From: Succinatimonas sp. CAG:777
Lineage (GTDB): Bacteria; Bacillota; Clostridia; Lachnospirales; Lachnospiraceae
Length of the DNA stretch: 64,000 bases
NCBI GenBank assembly: GCA_963650995.1
Contig: CAVJMS010000004.1
Coordinates: 20,485 to 84,484 of the forward strand
Direction: 5' to 3'
Below, piece by piece: positions 9,257-19,569 of the stretch (positions are counted from its first letter, which is position 1; each line of letters opens with the position of its first letter). The position numbers were made by a program, and so were the translations under genes. The notes beneath the pieces are model-generated. The model was not told the DNA's origin, ran no database searches, and worked only from the letters and a program-made list of their open reading frames with translations.

Positions 9257-10765
9257 ATGGCGGAATATAAACTGGAGCTGAGGAATGTTTGCAAGTCATT
9301 CCCCGGTGTAAAAGCGCTGGATCATGCGAATCTTGCCGTTCGTCCGGGTACTGTTCACGCACTCATGGGAGAAAATGGTGCCGGAAAGTCTACACTGATG
9401 AAGTGCCTCTTCGGTATCTATCACATGGATGAGGGCGAGATCTATCTGGATGGTCAGAAAACGACGATTGAGAACCCGGATGATGCGATGCATAAGGGCG
9501 TCGCCATGGTGCATCAGGAGCTGCAGCCGGTACCTGCGAGAAATATCGCGGAGAATATGTATCTGGGCCGCTTTCCGGTGCATAAGTACGGTCCGCTGCA
9601 GGTGATTGATCATAAGAAGATGTTTGCGGAAACCGAGCGCTGGCTGAAGGAGCTGGGACTCGATTATGATCCGAAGGCACTCCTTGGATCCCTTTCCATC
9701 GGCCAGATGCAGATGGTTGAAATCGCAAAGGCTGTTTCGCATGAGGCGAAGGTAATCATCTTCGATGAGCCGACCTCCTCCCTTTCCGACAAGGAAGTTG
9801 ATTTCCTTTTTAAGGTTATGAACCAGCTGCGGGATCGCGGCGTAGCGATGATCTACATTTCACATAAGATGGATGAGATCAAGAGGATCGCGGATGACCT
9901 TACGGTCATGCGGGACGGTACCTATGTCGGCACCTGGCCGACGGCAGACCTCACCACTGACCAGATCATTGCAAAGATGGTCGGCCGGGAGCTTACGAAG
10001 GTATATCCGGATCATGTCCATGAGATCGGTGAGGTTATTCTCGAGGCAGAGCATGTCAGCTCCATCCATGCGAAATCCTTCCAGGACTGCAGCTTTAACA
10101 TCCGGAAGGGTGAGATCCTCGGCTTCGGCGGACTGGTCGGTGCACAGCGGACGGAGCTTATGGAGGGCCTCTTCGGCATCCGTCATCTGGCATCCGGTAC
10201 CATTAAGTTCCATGGCAAGGAAGTCAAGATCAAGCGCTCCCGGGATGCGATGGATGTCGGACTCGGCATGATCACCGAGGATCGACGGGGCAACGGTATT
10301 TTCGGATGCCTGTCCATCAAGGACAATGTCGGTATTTCCATTTACAATCAGCACCTGAAGGCCGGCTTTGTGCTGGATCATCCGACCATCAACAAGATCG
10401 TGGATGACAGCATCAAGCAGCTTTCCATCAAGACACCAAGCATGAAGCAGCACATCGAGAACCTGTCCGGCGGTAATCAGCAGAAGGTCATCGTATCCAG
10501 ATGGCTGGCACGTGATCCGGAAATCCTGATCATGGATGAGCCGACCCGAGGCATCGATGTAGGCGCCAAGCATGAGATTTATGAGATCATGGAGCAGCTG
10601 GCCGATCAGGGCAAGTCCATCATTATGATCTCCTCCGAAATGCCGGAGCTTCTCGGCATGGCAGATCGCGTATATGTAATGTGTAACGGCAAGATTACCG
10701 GTGAGATCGATCAGAAGGAAGACATGACCCAGGAGAAGGTAATGTCCTTTGCAACACAGTTCTGA
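9257..10765 (+). CDS. mglA: Sugar ABC transporter ATP-binding protein (tandem ABC domains)
   Basis: GENGAGKSTLMKCLFG, FDEPTSSL, LSGGNQQK, DEPTRGIDVGAK. Confidence 0.88.
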   Translation: MAEYKLELRNVCKSFPGVKALDHANLAVRPGTVHALMGENGAGKSTLMKCLFGIYHMDEGEIYLDGQKTTIENPDDAMHKGVAMVHQELQPVPARNIAENMYLGRFPVHKYGPLQVIDHKKMFAETERWLKELGLDYDPKALLGSLSIGQMQMVEIAKAVSHEAKVIIFDEPTSSLSDKEVDFLFKVMNQLRDRGVAMIYISHKMDEIKRIADDLTVMRDGTYVGTWPTADLTTDQIIAKMVGRELTKVYPDHVHEIGEVILEAEHVSSIHAKSFQDCSFNIRKGEILGFGGLVGAQRTELMEGLFGIRHLASGTIKFHGKEVKIKRSRDAMDVGLGMITEDRRGNGIFGCLSIKDNVGISIYNQHLKAGFVLDHPTINKIVDDSIKQLSIKTPSMKQHIENLSGGNQQKVIVSRWLARDPEILIMDEPTRGIDVGAKHEIYEIMEQLADQGKSIIMISSEMPELLGMADRVYVMCNGKITGEIDQKEDMTQEKVMSFATQF

Positions 10766-10854
10766 CAGACCTTCGGAGCGGCCGATGCATCCGCCGGAGA
10801 GGCGGTGATGCAAGGCAGATCCGGTCACGGTAGCATACAGTAAGGGGAAATAAA

Positions 10855-11859
10855 ATGCAAAAGTCACAGAAAACGAAAATCAGCGATTTTCTCATTAACA
10901 ATGGTGTCATCATCGTTATGTTCATTCTCGTGATCTATACGGGACTGACGACCAAGAACTTCTTAACAGCCAACAACTTCCTGAACCTTCTTGCGAACAT
11001 GTCATACAGACTGGTGATCGCACTTGGTATTTCCGGCTGCGTTATCACCGGCGGATGTGATCTTTCCGGCGGACGTATGGTCGGCTTCGGTGCATGTATC
11101 GCCGGTACGCTGCTGCAGAAGCAGGATTACGCAGGCCGTTTCTTCCAGGATGGCTTCATGGCATCCATCACACCGATGAATCCGCTGCTGGTACTGGTAC
11201 TGGTTATGATCATTTGCGGATGCTTCGGCGCCATTACAGGCTGGTTCATTGCCTACCTCAGCGTACCTCCGTTCATTTCCACACTGGCAATGATGGAGAT
11301 CATCTACGGCCTTGGCCTCATCTATACAGGTGCAACTCCGTTGGGCGGCTATATCACAAGCTATACGGCTTTCTCCACCGGCCGTTTCCTGAATCTGAGC
11401 TTCCTGATCTGGATGGCCATCATCATGGGCGGCATTACCTGGTTCATCTATAACATGACCCGTCACGGCAAGTATATGTATGCCATCGGCGGCAATGCAC
11501 AGGCTGCAGAGGTAGCCGGCGTACCGGTGAAGCTTACCCTCGTGCTCATCTATGCAAAGGCTTCCGCATTCTTCGCAATGGCCGGCTTCATGCTCGGTGC
11601 CAAGGCCGGCGGTGCATCCATCAATACCGGTCTTTCCTATGAGATGGAAGGTATCGCAGCCTGCGCCCTCGGCGGTGTATCCGTAACCGGCGGACGTGGT
11701 AAGGTTTCATCCGCTGTCGTCGGTGTTGCCGTTCTCGAGCTTCTGAAGGTTGCACTTCAGTTCCTCGGTGTGGATGCGAACTCGCAGTACATTGCCATCG
11801 GTATCGTTATCTTCGTTGCAATTTCTCTCGATATCAGAAAGTACGTACAGAAGAAGTAA
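10855..11859 (+). CDS. mglC: Galactose/methylgalactoside ABC permease
   Basis: DLSGGRMVG, VPPFISTL, GKYMYAIGGN, GGVSVTGGRG; follows mglBA. Confidence 0.85.
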   Translation: MQKSQKTKISDFLINNGVIIVMFILVIYTGLTTKNFLTANNFLNLLANMSYRLVIALGISGCVITGGCDLSGGRMVGFGACIAGTLLQKQDYAGRFFQDGFMASITPMNPLLVLVLVMIICGCFGAITGWFIAYLSVPPFISTLAMMEIIYGLGLIYTGATPLGGYITSYTAFSTGRFLNLSFLIWMAIIMGGITWFIYNMTRHGKYMYAIGGNAQAAEVAGVPVKLTLVLIYAKASAFFAMAGFMLGAKAGGASINTGLSYEMEGIAACALGGVSVTGGRGKVSSAVVGVAVLELLKVALQFLGVDANSQYIAIGIVIFVAISLDIRKYVQKK

Positions 11860-11888
11860 TTGAGGGAAGATACCTGATCGTTTATAAT

Positions 11889-11919
11889 AAGGACTGTGGC
11901 GCTGCCGCAGTCCTTTTTT
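11889..11919 (+). terminator. Intrinsic terminator after mglC
   Basis: AAGGACTGTGGC/GCCGCAGTCCTT plus T tract. Confidence 0.8.
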
Positions 11920-11993
11920 CGTACAGAGCCGAACGGAGCGCGTGCATCCGGCGCTAAATAGATACAGTATTTTATATAAGACGAGAGGTTTTT

Positions 11994-12371
11994 ATGACAT
12001 ATATGATGACAATGCTGACACAGACATCAGATCCCTTCAGTGCATTTCTTGCGCAGCACGGTGTACAGCTGGTGCTTGGCGTACTGGTGATTTACTGTGC
12101 CGTGAAGCTGCTGGTTTTTCATGATCCGGATTTTATCCGTCCGAAGGAATGGGGGAAGGTGAAGGAGGAAAACCGCTTGCCGTATACGCATGAGATGGGC
12201 ATACTCGTGCTGATGTTCGGCATCTGTATTTTCGTCATGGAGCTGGTCAGCCAGTATGATGGCCTGATGGGGCTTTTATTTATGATCCTGTCCATTGCAG
12301 TGGTATTTTACCGCTTTAAAAAGATCGAGGAAAAATACGGCACGACGGATCATCATCAGAAGGCAGAGTAA
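11994..12371 (+). CDS. Small hypothetical membrane protein (3 TM)
   Basis: 125 aa, GAGG RBS, three hydrophobic segments. Confidence 0.7.
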   Translation: MTYMMTMLTQTSDPFSAFLAQHGVQLVLGVLVIYCAVKLLVFHDPDFIRPKEWGKVKEENRLPYTHEMGILVLMFGICIFVMELVSQYDGLMGLLFMILSIAVVFYRFKKIEEKYGTTDHHQKAE

Positions 12372-12410
12372 GGGCCGGAGAGCTGCAGATCCGAAGAGAG
12401 GAGGCTTTCG

Positions 12411-14030
12411 TTGAATACGTACAAGGTACTGCTGGCGGATGATGAAGAGGATGTCATCCGGGTCATCATGCACAAGATCAACTGGGAAAGCCTGGGCTTC
12501 GAGGTGCAGGGCTATGCGCACAACGGGCTGGAGGCGCTGGAAATGGCCGAGGAGCAGCAGCCGGATGTGGTGATGACGGATATCAAGATGCCGTATATGG
12601 ACGGATTAGAGCTCAGCCGGCGTCTGAAGGAGCAATATCCGACGGTCAAGATCATCATATTTTCCGGCTTTGATGAATTTGAATATGCAAAGGAGGCGAT
12701 CCGGCTGGAGGCAGAGGAGTATATTCTGAAGCCGATCGATGCCGAGGAGCTCAGCACGGTTTTTCAGCGCATTCATACCGCTCTTGATCGGGAGTTCGAC
12801 GAGAAGCAGAACATCCATATGCTGAAAAACTATTATCTTGAGAGCCTTCCGATCCTGCAGGAAAACTTCTGTACGGCGCTGATCGAGGGACGTGAGCCTG
12901 CGGAGTCGCTTTCGCGGGATATGATGGACTATCAGATCAGCCTGGAGGGCCCGTGGTATGCCATCGTGATTCTTCATAACAGCATCTCCCTGGCACCGGA
13001 GGGCATTAATCCGCTGCTGATCACGGTATCCGTCCGAAAGCTCTGGGAGGAGCATCTGGACCCTCGCTGGAAGGCACGCTTCTTTTCCTATCTCGGAAAC
13101 ACGGTGATGATCGTACAGCTCGAGCAGCCGACAGCCCTGACGCGGCTGACGAACGACTGTCAGGTCCTGTGCCGGCTCAGCAAGCATGTTTCCCATGCCA
13201 CCATCACCGCCGGCATCGGCAAGGCCGTCGGCAGCATTCTGAGTCTTCCGGAGGCCTATGCCAAGGCCCGGGAGGCGATTTCCTATCGGGTGATCTACGG
13301 ACGCGGACAGGCCATCAACATTATGGAGGTGGCGCCGGAGACGCGGAAGGAGCCGGTGCCGGAGGCGACCGGCGAGGACAGGGATGAATGCATGTATCCG
13401 ATCTTCAAGGCCATCAAAATCAATACCGAAGAGGAGGTGGACCGTCAGATTGATGCATTTCTGGCTCGGGAGGCACCGGTGAATCCATCCCTGCAGGAAT
13501 ACCGTTTCTTCGTTATGGAGCTCGTGACTGCACAGCATCATTTCATTACGGCCAATCACCTCTCTCTGGAGCAGGTCTTCGGCCGTGAGGAGGATATTTA
13601 TCAGAAGGTGCTGCACTTTGACCGCCGGGAGCTCAGTCTCTGGCTGAAGGAGAGTGCACATCGGATGCAGGAGCTTCTCCGGGCCTCCAGATGTGATACC
13701 ACCCGCAGCTTTGTGGCGAAGGCGGAAGCCTATGTGCATGAAAATTACAGCAGTAAGGATCTGACCGTAGAAAGCATCTGTGATTATCTTGGCATCAGCG
13801 CAGCCTATTTTTCAACGGTTTTCAAGCGTGAAACCGGAAAGACCTTCATCAATTATCTGACGGATGTCCGCATGGAGCGTGCGGTGCATATGCTGCTCGA
13901 TGAAAATGAAAAAACCTATGTGATCGCAGAGGCCGTGGGCTACAGCGATCCGAATTACTTCAGCTATGCCTTCAAGAAAAAATTCGGCATATCGCCGTCG
14001 AAATACAAGGCACAGCAGCAGGGCGGCTGA
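12411..14030 (+). CDS. AraC-family response regulator (YesN type)
   Basis: TTG start after GAGGAGG; receiver LADDE...TDIKMP...KP; C-terminal AraC HTH (YFSTVFK, GYSDPNYFS). Confidence 0.92.
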   Translation: MNTYKVLLADDEEDVIRVIMHKINWESLGFEVQGYAHNGLEALEMAEEQQPDVVMTDIKMPYMDGLELSRRLKEQYPTVKIIIFSGFDEFEYAKEAIRLEAEEYILKPIDAEELSTVFQRIHTALDREFDEKQNIHMLKNYYLESLPILQENFCTALIEGREPAESLSRDMMDYQISLEGPWYAIVILHNSISLAPEGINPLLITVSVRKLWEEHLDPRWKARFFSYLGNTVMIVQLEQPTALTRLTNDCQVLCRLSKHVSHATITAGIGKAVGSILSLPEAYAKAREAISYRVIYGRGQAINIMEVAPETRKEPVPEATGEDRDECMYPIFKAIKINTEEEVDRQIDAFLAREAPVNPSLQEYRFFVMELVTAQHHFITANHLSLEQVFGREEDIYQKVLHFDRRELSLWLKESAHRMQELLRASRCDTTRSFVAKAEAYVHENYSSKDLTVESICDYLGISAAYFSTVFKRETGKTFINYLTDVRMERAVHMLLDENEKTYVIAEAVGYSDPNYFSYAFKKKFGISPSKYKAQQQGG

Positions 14031-14051
14031 TCCGCAGAAACCTCATCCGAT

Positions 14052-15992
14052 ATGTATGTGAAGAAAACAAATTCGTTGGACGGAAAGAACAGAAGAGCAG
14101 CGGTGCGGATCTCCGCGCACTGGATGCCCCGCACCATTCAGAGCACCATTCTGACGGCCTTTTCGGTCATCTCCTTTCTGCTTCTTCTGGTGCTCGGGCT
14201 TGTGCTGTATCAGCTGTTTGCACGCCGGATGCGGACCGCCTCTCAGGAATCCTCCGGGCAGATCCTGCAGCAGGCGGTGGTGAATCTCGAGGATTACCTC
14301 GCGAATACGCGCCGGATCTCGGATGCCGTCTACTATAATGTCATTAAAAATGCCGACCTGAGCGTCGACAGCATTGATCATGAAATGGAGCTGATCTATG
14401 AAGCCCATAAGGATTCGCTCGTCAGCATTGCGCTTTTTACGGCCGACGGGCGTCTCCTTTCGGCGTCTCCGCTCACGACACTGAAGGAAGATCTGGATGT
14501 GACGGAGCAGAGCTGGTTTACATCTGCGCTTCGGAAGACAGATAATCTTCATTTCTCTACACCGCATGTCGAAAATCTTTTTCTGGATCCCAGCTGCCAT
14601 TATCGCTGGGTGATCTCCCTGAGCCGCGCGGTGGAAATCAACGAAAACGGAACAATGACCACCGGCGTGCTGCTAGTGGATATGAACTACTCGATCATTG
14701 ACCGCATGATGGAGCGTATCAATCAGGACAGCGGCGGTCAGTATATTTATCTGACGGATTCCGGCGGAAGTATTATTTACCATCCGAAGCAGATGCAGAT
14801 CAATTACGGCATTCTGGCAGAAAACAACATCAATGAAGCACATTACCGGGACGGCGCACGGCAGGAAAGCTTCGAGGGAGAGCATCGGCAGGTGCTGGTC
14901 AGCTCGGTGGCCTATACCGGCTGGAAAATGATCGCGGTGATTCCGGCGAGTGCTTACGGCGTGGACGGCAGCAGCCTGCGCTTCGTGGTGATTCTTCTCG
15001 TGGCGATTTCGGTGCTTGTCATGCTTCTGATCAATCAGCTGGTGTCAAAACGCATCTCCATGCCGCTGAACCGGCTGAATCGTTCCATTGCCCGCATGGA
15101 AGAGGGCGACATGATTCCGGAGGATATCTATGTAGGCGGCTCCGAGGAGGTGGAGCATCTGGGGCGTACCCTGCGCGTCTCCATGAGCCGCATCAATCAG
15201 CTGATGAAGGATATTGTGACGGAGCAGGAGGAAAAGCAGAAATCGGAGATGGATGCGCTGCAGTCCCAGATCAATCCGCACTTTCTTTATAATACGCTGG
15301 ATTCCATCGTCTGGATGATCGAAGGCGAGCATAACCGGGAGGCGGTATTTATGGTGACGCAGCTCGCGAGTCTTTTCCGCATCAGCTTAAGCCGTGGAAA
15401 AAACATTATCCCGATCGAGCAGGAGCTTCGCCATGCGGAGAATTATATCAACATTCAGAAGGTACGGTATAAAAATAACTTCACTGTGCATTTCGAACTG
15501 GATGAGAAAATCAAGGATTATCTGACGATTAAGCTGATTCTGCAGCCGATCATTGAAAATGCCATTTACTACGGTGTCGGTGATATGGATCCGGAGGACG
15601 GCGGTGAGATCCGCGTGCGGGGATGGATGATCCCGGATGATGCGGCGGAGAACCGCATTGCCGTCGGAGACATTTATATTGCCGTCAGCGATACGGGCTA
15701 CGGCATGGCGCCGGAGGTCTGTGAGAACCTCCTTCGGGACGATACGGAGGCGCGGAAGCGCGTACCGAAGCATGGCTCCGGTGTAGGCCTTCGGAATGTG
15801 CATAACCGCATCCGGCTCCGCTTCGGTGCATCGTACGGCCTGATGGCAGTTTCAGAGCCGGATGTGGGCACCACCGTTACGGTTCATCTGCCGGCAGTGC
15901 CGGATACGGAGGAGAACCGGCAGCTTCTGGAGAGCGGACACTATACGGCCGGTGCAGGACATTTCCCGGAAGGAGGAAAGCAGGATGCGTGA
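14052..15992 (+). CDS. Sensor histidine kinase (YesM type; Cache/HAMP)
   Basis: Two TMs; LQSQINPHFLYNTL, QPIIENAI, GVGLRNV; exact start uncertain. Confidence 0.92.
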   Translation: MYVKKTNSLDGKNRRAAVRISAHWMPRTIQSTILTAFSVISFLLLLVLGLVLYQLFARRMRTASQESSGQILQQAVVNLEDYLANTRRISDAVYYNVIKNADLSVDSIDHEMELIYEAHKDSLVSIALFTADGRLLSASPLTTLKEDLDVTEQSWFTSALRKTDNLHFSTPHVENLFLDPSCHYRWVISLSRAVEINENGTMTTGVLLVDMNYSIIDRMMERINQDSGGQYIYLTDSGGSIIYHPKQMQINYGILAENNINEAHYRDGARQESFEGEHRQVLVSSVAYTGWKMIAVIPASAYGVDGSSLRFVVILLVAISVLVMLLINQLVSKRISMPLNRLNRSIARMEEGDMIPEDIYVGGSEEVEHLGRTLRVSMSRINQLMKDIVTEQEEKQKSEMDALQSQINPHFLYNTLDSIVWMIEGEHNREAVFMVTQLASLFRISLSRGKNIIPIEQELRHAENYINIQKVRYKNNFTVHFELDEKIKDYLTIKLILQPIIENAIYYGVGDMDPEDGGEIRVRGWMIPDDAAENRIAVGDIYIAVSDTGYGMAPEVCENLLRDDTEARKRVPKHGSGVGLRNVHNRIRLRFGASYGLMAVSEPDVGTTVTVHLPAVPDTEENRQLLESGHYTAGAGHFPEGGKQDA

Positions 15993-16962
15993 AAATCAGG
16001 TTTTTCTCCGGCCGGCGGTCGGTGCACTTTTAGTAATCATTCTGTTCTGCACGGTTATGCTGGTCCGGGGAACGGATGATACACATTATCAGGTGGTTGT
16101 GGTGGTCAGCGATTCCTCCTCGGAGCGGTGGAATTCTTTGAGGGCCGGGCTTACGCAGGCGGCCTGGGACAACAACATTGACCTTAACTGCATCTATACG
16201 GATTACCTCGACAATATCAACGAGCAGAGCAGTCTCATCAGTGAGGCGATTACGGACGGCGCCGACGGCATTATCACCGATTTCTGTCTCAGCATGGGGA
16301 CAGAGGACATCGTGGAAAAGATCAGCTCCCGGGTGCCGGTGGAATTTATCATTACCAATGTGGATGCCAATGCCGACGTATCCGGAAATTATGCCACGGT
16401 CATGGTGGATAATTATGCGGTCGGCCGGGCCATCGGAAATGAACTGGTGATCAGCTACGGCGATCAGCTGTCGGACATGAGCATCGGCATCGTGGCAGGC
16501 AATCAGCAGAAATATGCACTTCAGGACCGGCTGCGGGGACTCCGGGATGCGATTGCAGAAAAGCAGCCGGACATTGCGTGGACGGTGCAGGAAAGCCGGT
16601 TTCTTGCGCATACCCTGCAGCGTGCCATGGAGGACCATCCGGTGCAGCTGATCGTCGGCCTTGACAACAACAGCCTGGAGGCGGCCGTGAACTATGTGAC
16701 GGAAAGCGGTGCAGGCGATCTTCCGCTGTATGGGGCGGGCTGCAGTGAGAAGCTGGTATATTACATTGACAACGGAACCATTGCCTCCATGATTCTGCCG
16801 GATGAATTCAGCATTGGCTACCAGAGCCTGTCGGATCTTGCAGAGAAGCTCCGAAACCGGACGAGCACGCTGGAGGACCGGGTGCTGGGCTATAATGTGG
16901 TGCACCGGGACAATCTGTTCCGGGAGGAAAATCAGCGGATTCTGTTTCCGATCGTGCAATAA
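15985..16962 (+). CDS. Membrane-anchored sugar-binding protein, possible sensor co-receptor
   Basis: AGGAGG RBS; N-terminal TM without lipobox; periplasmic-binding type I features (DNYAVG, IGYQS). Confidence 0.75.
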   Translation: MRENQVFLRPAVGALLVIILFCTVMLVRGTDDTHYQVVVVVSDSSSERWNSLRAGLTQAAWDNNIDLNCIYTDYLDNINEQSSLISEAITDGADGIITDFCLSMGTEDIVEKISSRVPVEFIITNVDANADVSGNYATVMVDNYAVGRAIGNELVISYGDQLSDMSIGIVAGNQQKYALQDRLRGLRDAIAEKQPDIAWTVQESRFLAHTLQRAMEDHPVQLIVGLDNNSLEAAVNYVTESGAGDLPLYGAGCSEKLVYYIDNGTIASMILPDEFSIGYQSLSDLAEKLRNRTSTLEDRVLGYNVVHRDNLFREENQRILFPIVQ

Positions 16963-17006
16963 GGGTGAAGCGGCACAGGCGTCACCGGAGAGGGGAGTGT
17001 CAGGCC

Positions 17007-18053
17007 ATGAGAGAAAAGAACAAAGGATGGTGCCGGACCGTCACCGGCTGTGCGGCCCTGGCCCTTCTGCTGTCCGGCTGCGGAAGCAGGCAGCAGCTGT
17101 CGAGCCGGAAAACCGACGGGAAAATCAAAATCGGTGTGTCGGTATATGATCAATACGATACCTTCGTATCGGAGCTTGTGCAGGATCTGAATCAGGAGGC
17201 CCTGGCGGCGGGGCGCCGAAGCCAGCAGGATATCGTGGTGGAGGTCTATAATGCCGCCCAGAGTCAGACCAAGCAGAACGAGCAGGTGCGGGACATGATT
17301 CAGGCGGACATGGATGTGCTCTGCATTAATCTGGTGGATCGTACCGCGCCGACGGAGGTGATCAATGCGGCGCGTACCGCGGATGTTCCCATCATTTTTT
17401 TCAATCGGGAGCTGGTGGAGGAGGATCTGCTCCGTTGGGACCGGCTCTATTATGTAGGAGCGGATGCTTTTAACTCCGGAAAGATGGAGGGAGAGCTGGC
17501 GGCGGATGCCGTACGGGACGGGAATGTGGATCGAAACGGGGACGGCGTCATACAGTATATTATGCTGGAGGGAGAAGCCGGCCATCAGGATACGATTGCC
17601 CGCTCCGAAAGCAGCGTCAGCCGCCTGGAGGAGCTCGGAATCCGTCTGGACCGTCTGGATTATGCCATTGCGAACTGGAACCGTGCGCAGGCCACTACCC
17701 AGATGGATAAATTTATACGGCAATACGGAAATGAAATCGAGATGGTACTGTCCAACAATGATGAAATGGCCCTGGGGGCCGCAGATGCATATGACGGAAG
17801 CGATACGGATGCAGAGAACCGGCCGATCATCCTCGGTATCGACGGAACCTCCGGCGGACTGAATGCCGTTCGGGAGGGAAAGCTGACCGCTACGGTATAC
17901 AATGATGCCCGGGGGCAGGCCAAGGCGATGTTTGAGCTTAGCTGCCGTCTGACACTCGATGAATCCCTGGAGGATCTCGGACTGATCAGTGAAAAATATA
18001 TCCGGCTTCCCTATGAAAAGGTGACGAGGGACAATGTTTGGGAATTTCACTAA
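17007..18053 (+). CDS. MglB-like sugar-binding lipoprotein
   Basis: LSGC lipobox; DRNGDG, NNDEMALGA, ATVYND. Confidence 0.85.
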   Translation: MREKNKGWCRTVTGCAALALLLSGCGSRQQLSSRKTDGKIKIGVSVYDQYDTFVSELVQDLNQEALAAGRRSQQDIVVEVYNAAQSQTKQNEQVRDMIQADMDVLCINLVDRTAPTEVINAARTADVPIIFFNRELVEEDLLRWDRLYYVGADAFNSGKMEGELAADAVRDGNVDRNGDGVIQYIMLEGEAGHQDTIARSESSVSRLEELGIRLDRLDYAIANWNRAQATTQMDKFIRQYGNEIEMVLSNNDEMALGAADAYDGSDTDAENRPIILGIDGTSGGLNAVREGKLTATVYNDARGQAKAMFELSCRLTLDESLEDLGLISEKYIRLPYEKVTRDNVWEFH

Positions 18054-18084
18054 GGAAATGCGGATTTAATCAGCATTTCCTTAG
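18050..18084. repeat. REP-like palindrome, copy 2
   Basis: CTAAGGAAATGCGGAT-TTA-ATCAGCATTTCCTTAG. Confidence 0.75.
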
Positions 18085-18120
18085 ATGCCTCCGGCGGATC
18101 GCACGGATGTACGCGGTATG

Positions 18121-18738
18121 TCAGGAACAGACGGCCTCCTGCCAGTACTGTTCGCCATGCTCGATCATGGAGAGATAGCTTTCTTCCATAACGCGGCGGA
18201 AATCACGAAGCTCCGCCTCCAGTCCGAAGCGGGCCGGAATCAATGCTGTAACCTCGTGAATTTCGGCGGCGATTTTCTTTCCGATCCGCTCATCGCCGAG
18301 ACGGAACAGGCCGAAGACCGTGGAACCGTAGCTGTGATCGCCGATGCAGGTTCGGATCCACAGTGCGGCGAACTGACGCCATTCCTCTTCAAGAACCGCA
18401 TCAAAGGGCTCCTCCAGTACGCAGAGCTCTGTAAGACAGCGGCGGATTTCCTTTGCCTGTTTTTTTCGGTTCAGAAAATTCGTGCCGAGTCTTCCCTCGA
18501 TGAGAAGCCCCATCCAGGCCGCGACGAAGCCGTCCTTCCGCGGCTGTCCCAGGCGGCTCTTCGGGTAGCGCTTCTGAAAAAGCATAAGACGGCGCTGATC
18601 AGCCGGATCATCGGCATTCGCTTCCAGTCGTGCCAGGAGCAGCTTCTCCCGAAGCTCAGCATCTTCAATTTCATAATAACGCGCCGGCCAGTTCCTGAGA
18701 TCGTCTGCGGCCGGCGTTTTTTCTGTCTTTAAAAGCAT
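18121..18738 (-). CDS. Conserved hypothetical protein (possibly DUF6553-like)
   Basis: 205 aa ORF downstream of the YesL-like gene; family name is recollection only. Confidence 0.6.
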   Translation of the reverse strand: MLLKTEKTPAADDLRNWPARYYEIEDAELREKLLLARLEANADDPADQRRLMLFQKRYPKSRLGQPRKDGFVAAWMGLLIEGRLGTNFLNRKKQAKEIRRCLTELCVLEEPFDAVLEEEWRQFAALWIRTCIGDHSYGSTVFGLFRLGDERIGKKIAAEIHEVTALIPARFGLEAELRDFRRVMEESYLSMIEHGEQYWQEAVCS

Positions 18739-18763
18739 GGAGCAGGGCTCCTTTCATTTGGGA

Positions 18764-19537
18764 TTACTGCAGATCGTCCAGCGGCTTTTTCAGTCCGTCG
18801 AGGGCCTGAAGTGTATCGCCGGAGGCATCCTCCTTCAGGCTGCCGTCGATGTTCACATCTTCAAGAATCGGACGAAGCTCCTGACTTTTTTCCGGCTCCT
18901 CCTTCGGCATGAAGCGAAGGAAAATGTGCTCAAACATGGTGGAATTGATCCAGGCGATCAGTGCAAAGCCCATGAGCAGCATAAAAGCAGACAGCCACGG
19001 CATGTAGAAGAGGAGAATGTACCAGATCAGCACAATGACGGCATCCGAGATCAGCATGGCGATGGTGGAGCCGATGTAGCGGACGGACATGAGAAGCGCA
19101 TTGAGCACGGTGCGCTTCGTCGTATTGTCGAAGCGGCTCAAAAGCGGCCAGACATACAGAAAAATGAAGATCCATACCACGGCCAGGGTTCCGATCACGG
19201 CCCGAAGGAAGAAACGCATCGTATCGGCGCCGGTCATGACGTTCCGGAAGAAATAGAAGTCAAAGCCCAGTACTGCAGCAGCCAGAAGCAGGAGCACCCA
19301 GATCAGGGTAGCCTGCTTCAGGTTCTGACGGAAGGAGCGGAAAAACATCCGGAAGTCTCCGTAATCCTCGTTTCGTACATATTTTAATGTACAGTAGTAG
19401 AGCGCCGTCGTGGAGGCGCCGAGCGTCACCACCGGGAGCGAAAAGACGAGCCAGAGAAGATTCAGTACCACCATATCGCCCAGCCGTCCGATGAAGCGCC
19501 AGATCGGATTATCGTAATTAAAAAAGCCCTGCAGCAT
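18764..19537 (-). CDS. YesL/DUF624 family membrane protein
   Basis: LNLLWLVFSLPVVTLGASTTALYY and FFRSFRQNLKQAT motifs. Confidence 0.88.
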   Translation of the reverse strand: MLQGFFNYDNPIWRFIGRLGDMVVLNLLWLVFSLPVVTLGASTTALYYCTLKYVRNEDYGDFRMFFRSFRQNLKQATLIWVLLLLAAAVLGFDFYFFRNVMTGADTMRFFLRAVIGTLAVVWIFIFLYVWPLLSRFDNTTKRTVLNALLMSVRYIGSTIAMLISDAVIVLIWYILLFYMPWLSAFMLLMGFALIAWINSTMFEHIFLRFMPKEEPEKSQELRPILEDVNIDGSLKEDASGDTLQALDGLKKPLDDLQ

Positions 19538-19569
19538 AGTTCACCTCGTAATGCAAAGATACTGTGATT

